This document shows positions 63,333 to 64,000 of a DNA stretch of 64,000 nt, one piece after another (position 1 is the first letter of the stretch; the number at the start of each line of letters is the position of its first letter). Location: positions 56,172,001 to 56,236,000 of the forward strand of contig OX597823.1 in the NCBI GenBank assembly GCA_951406725.2, in the 5' to 3' direction. The notes under the pieces were generated by a model. It had not been told where the DNA came from and did not search any database. It was given only the letters and a program-made list of their open reading frames with translations. The DNA comes from Octopus vulgaris (taxonomy: Eukaryota). The translations under genes were made by a program, and so were the position numbers.

Positions 63333-64000
63333 TTAGCGGCATTTCTTCCGACTTTACGTTCTGAGTTCAAATTCCGCCGAAGTCTACTTTGCTTTTCATC
63401 ATTTCGGAGTCGATCCCTTTCCCCGAGCTTACTGGCCTTGCACCAAAATTTGAAATCAATTTTTATTGATGTCAAGGTGGCGAGCTGGCAGAATTGTTAC
63501 CGTACCGGGAAAAGTACTTAGCAGCGTTTCTTCCAACTTTACATTCTGAGTTCAAATTCTGCCGGGGTCGATTTTGCCTTTCATCCTTTCGAGGTCGATT
63601 AAATACGTACCAGTTGAATACTGGGAACGATGTAATCGACTTACCACTTTCCCCGAGATAGCTGGCTTTATCTCAAAATTTGAAACCAATATTTACGCTG
63701 ACGTTTCATTGCTAAACGAAGAATTATAACGTCTTTACTTCGTTTCCCATCAGTACAAATACAACTATTACTATCGTTAAGGCGGCGAGCTGGCAGCATC
63801 GTTAGTATGCTAGATAAAATTCTTAACCGCATCTCGTTCATCCTTACGTTCTGAGTTCAAATTACGCCATGGTCGACTTTGCCTTTAATATTTTCAGGAT
63901 CGATAAAATAAATATAATTGAGCATTTGGGTCGATGTTAGTGAAATGTTTACAGTTGGATAGATAGACAAATATAACAAAATAATTTGTTACCTCTTTCC

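Overview
AT-rich, microsatellite- and retroposon-dense animal genomic DNA; the SINE families and simple-repeat load suggest a cephalopod such as Octopus (inference). The whole window appears to lie inside one + strand, multi-exon gene for a giant extracellular mucin-like / SCO-spondin-hemolectin-like protein. In order it has an LDL-receptor class A exon (3976-4093), a ~25 kb array of 15 near-identical 1614-bp units, a chimeric Thr-rich exon, a separate two-exon discoidin/FA58C domain (43963-44225 + 48525-48639) and a TSP1 exon (55391-55469). Each array unit has three exons and three introns and encodes 270 aa (Thr/Pro/Ser-rich linker plus a ~126-aa Cys-bounded FA58C-like domain). Splice phases are compatible throughout, giving about 4,300 aa in this window with neither end visible. 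The introns hold Dong/R4-like, Tx1/L1, CR1-like and Penelope-like retroelements, Helitron and mariner remnants and many tRNA-derived SINEs. Other notable signals: a candidate -1 ribosomal frameshift site (U UUU UUA plus hairpin) joining ORF1 to an AUG-less ORF2 in a near-intact CR1-like LINE; several minimal type I hammerhead ribozyme motifs, one of them as a perfect inverted pair; and a 3' tail shared by a SINE family and the Tx1/L1 element.
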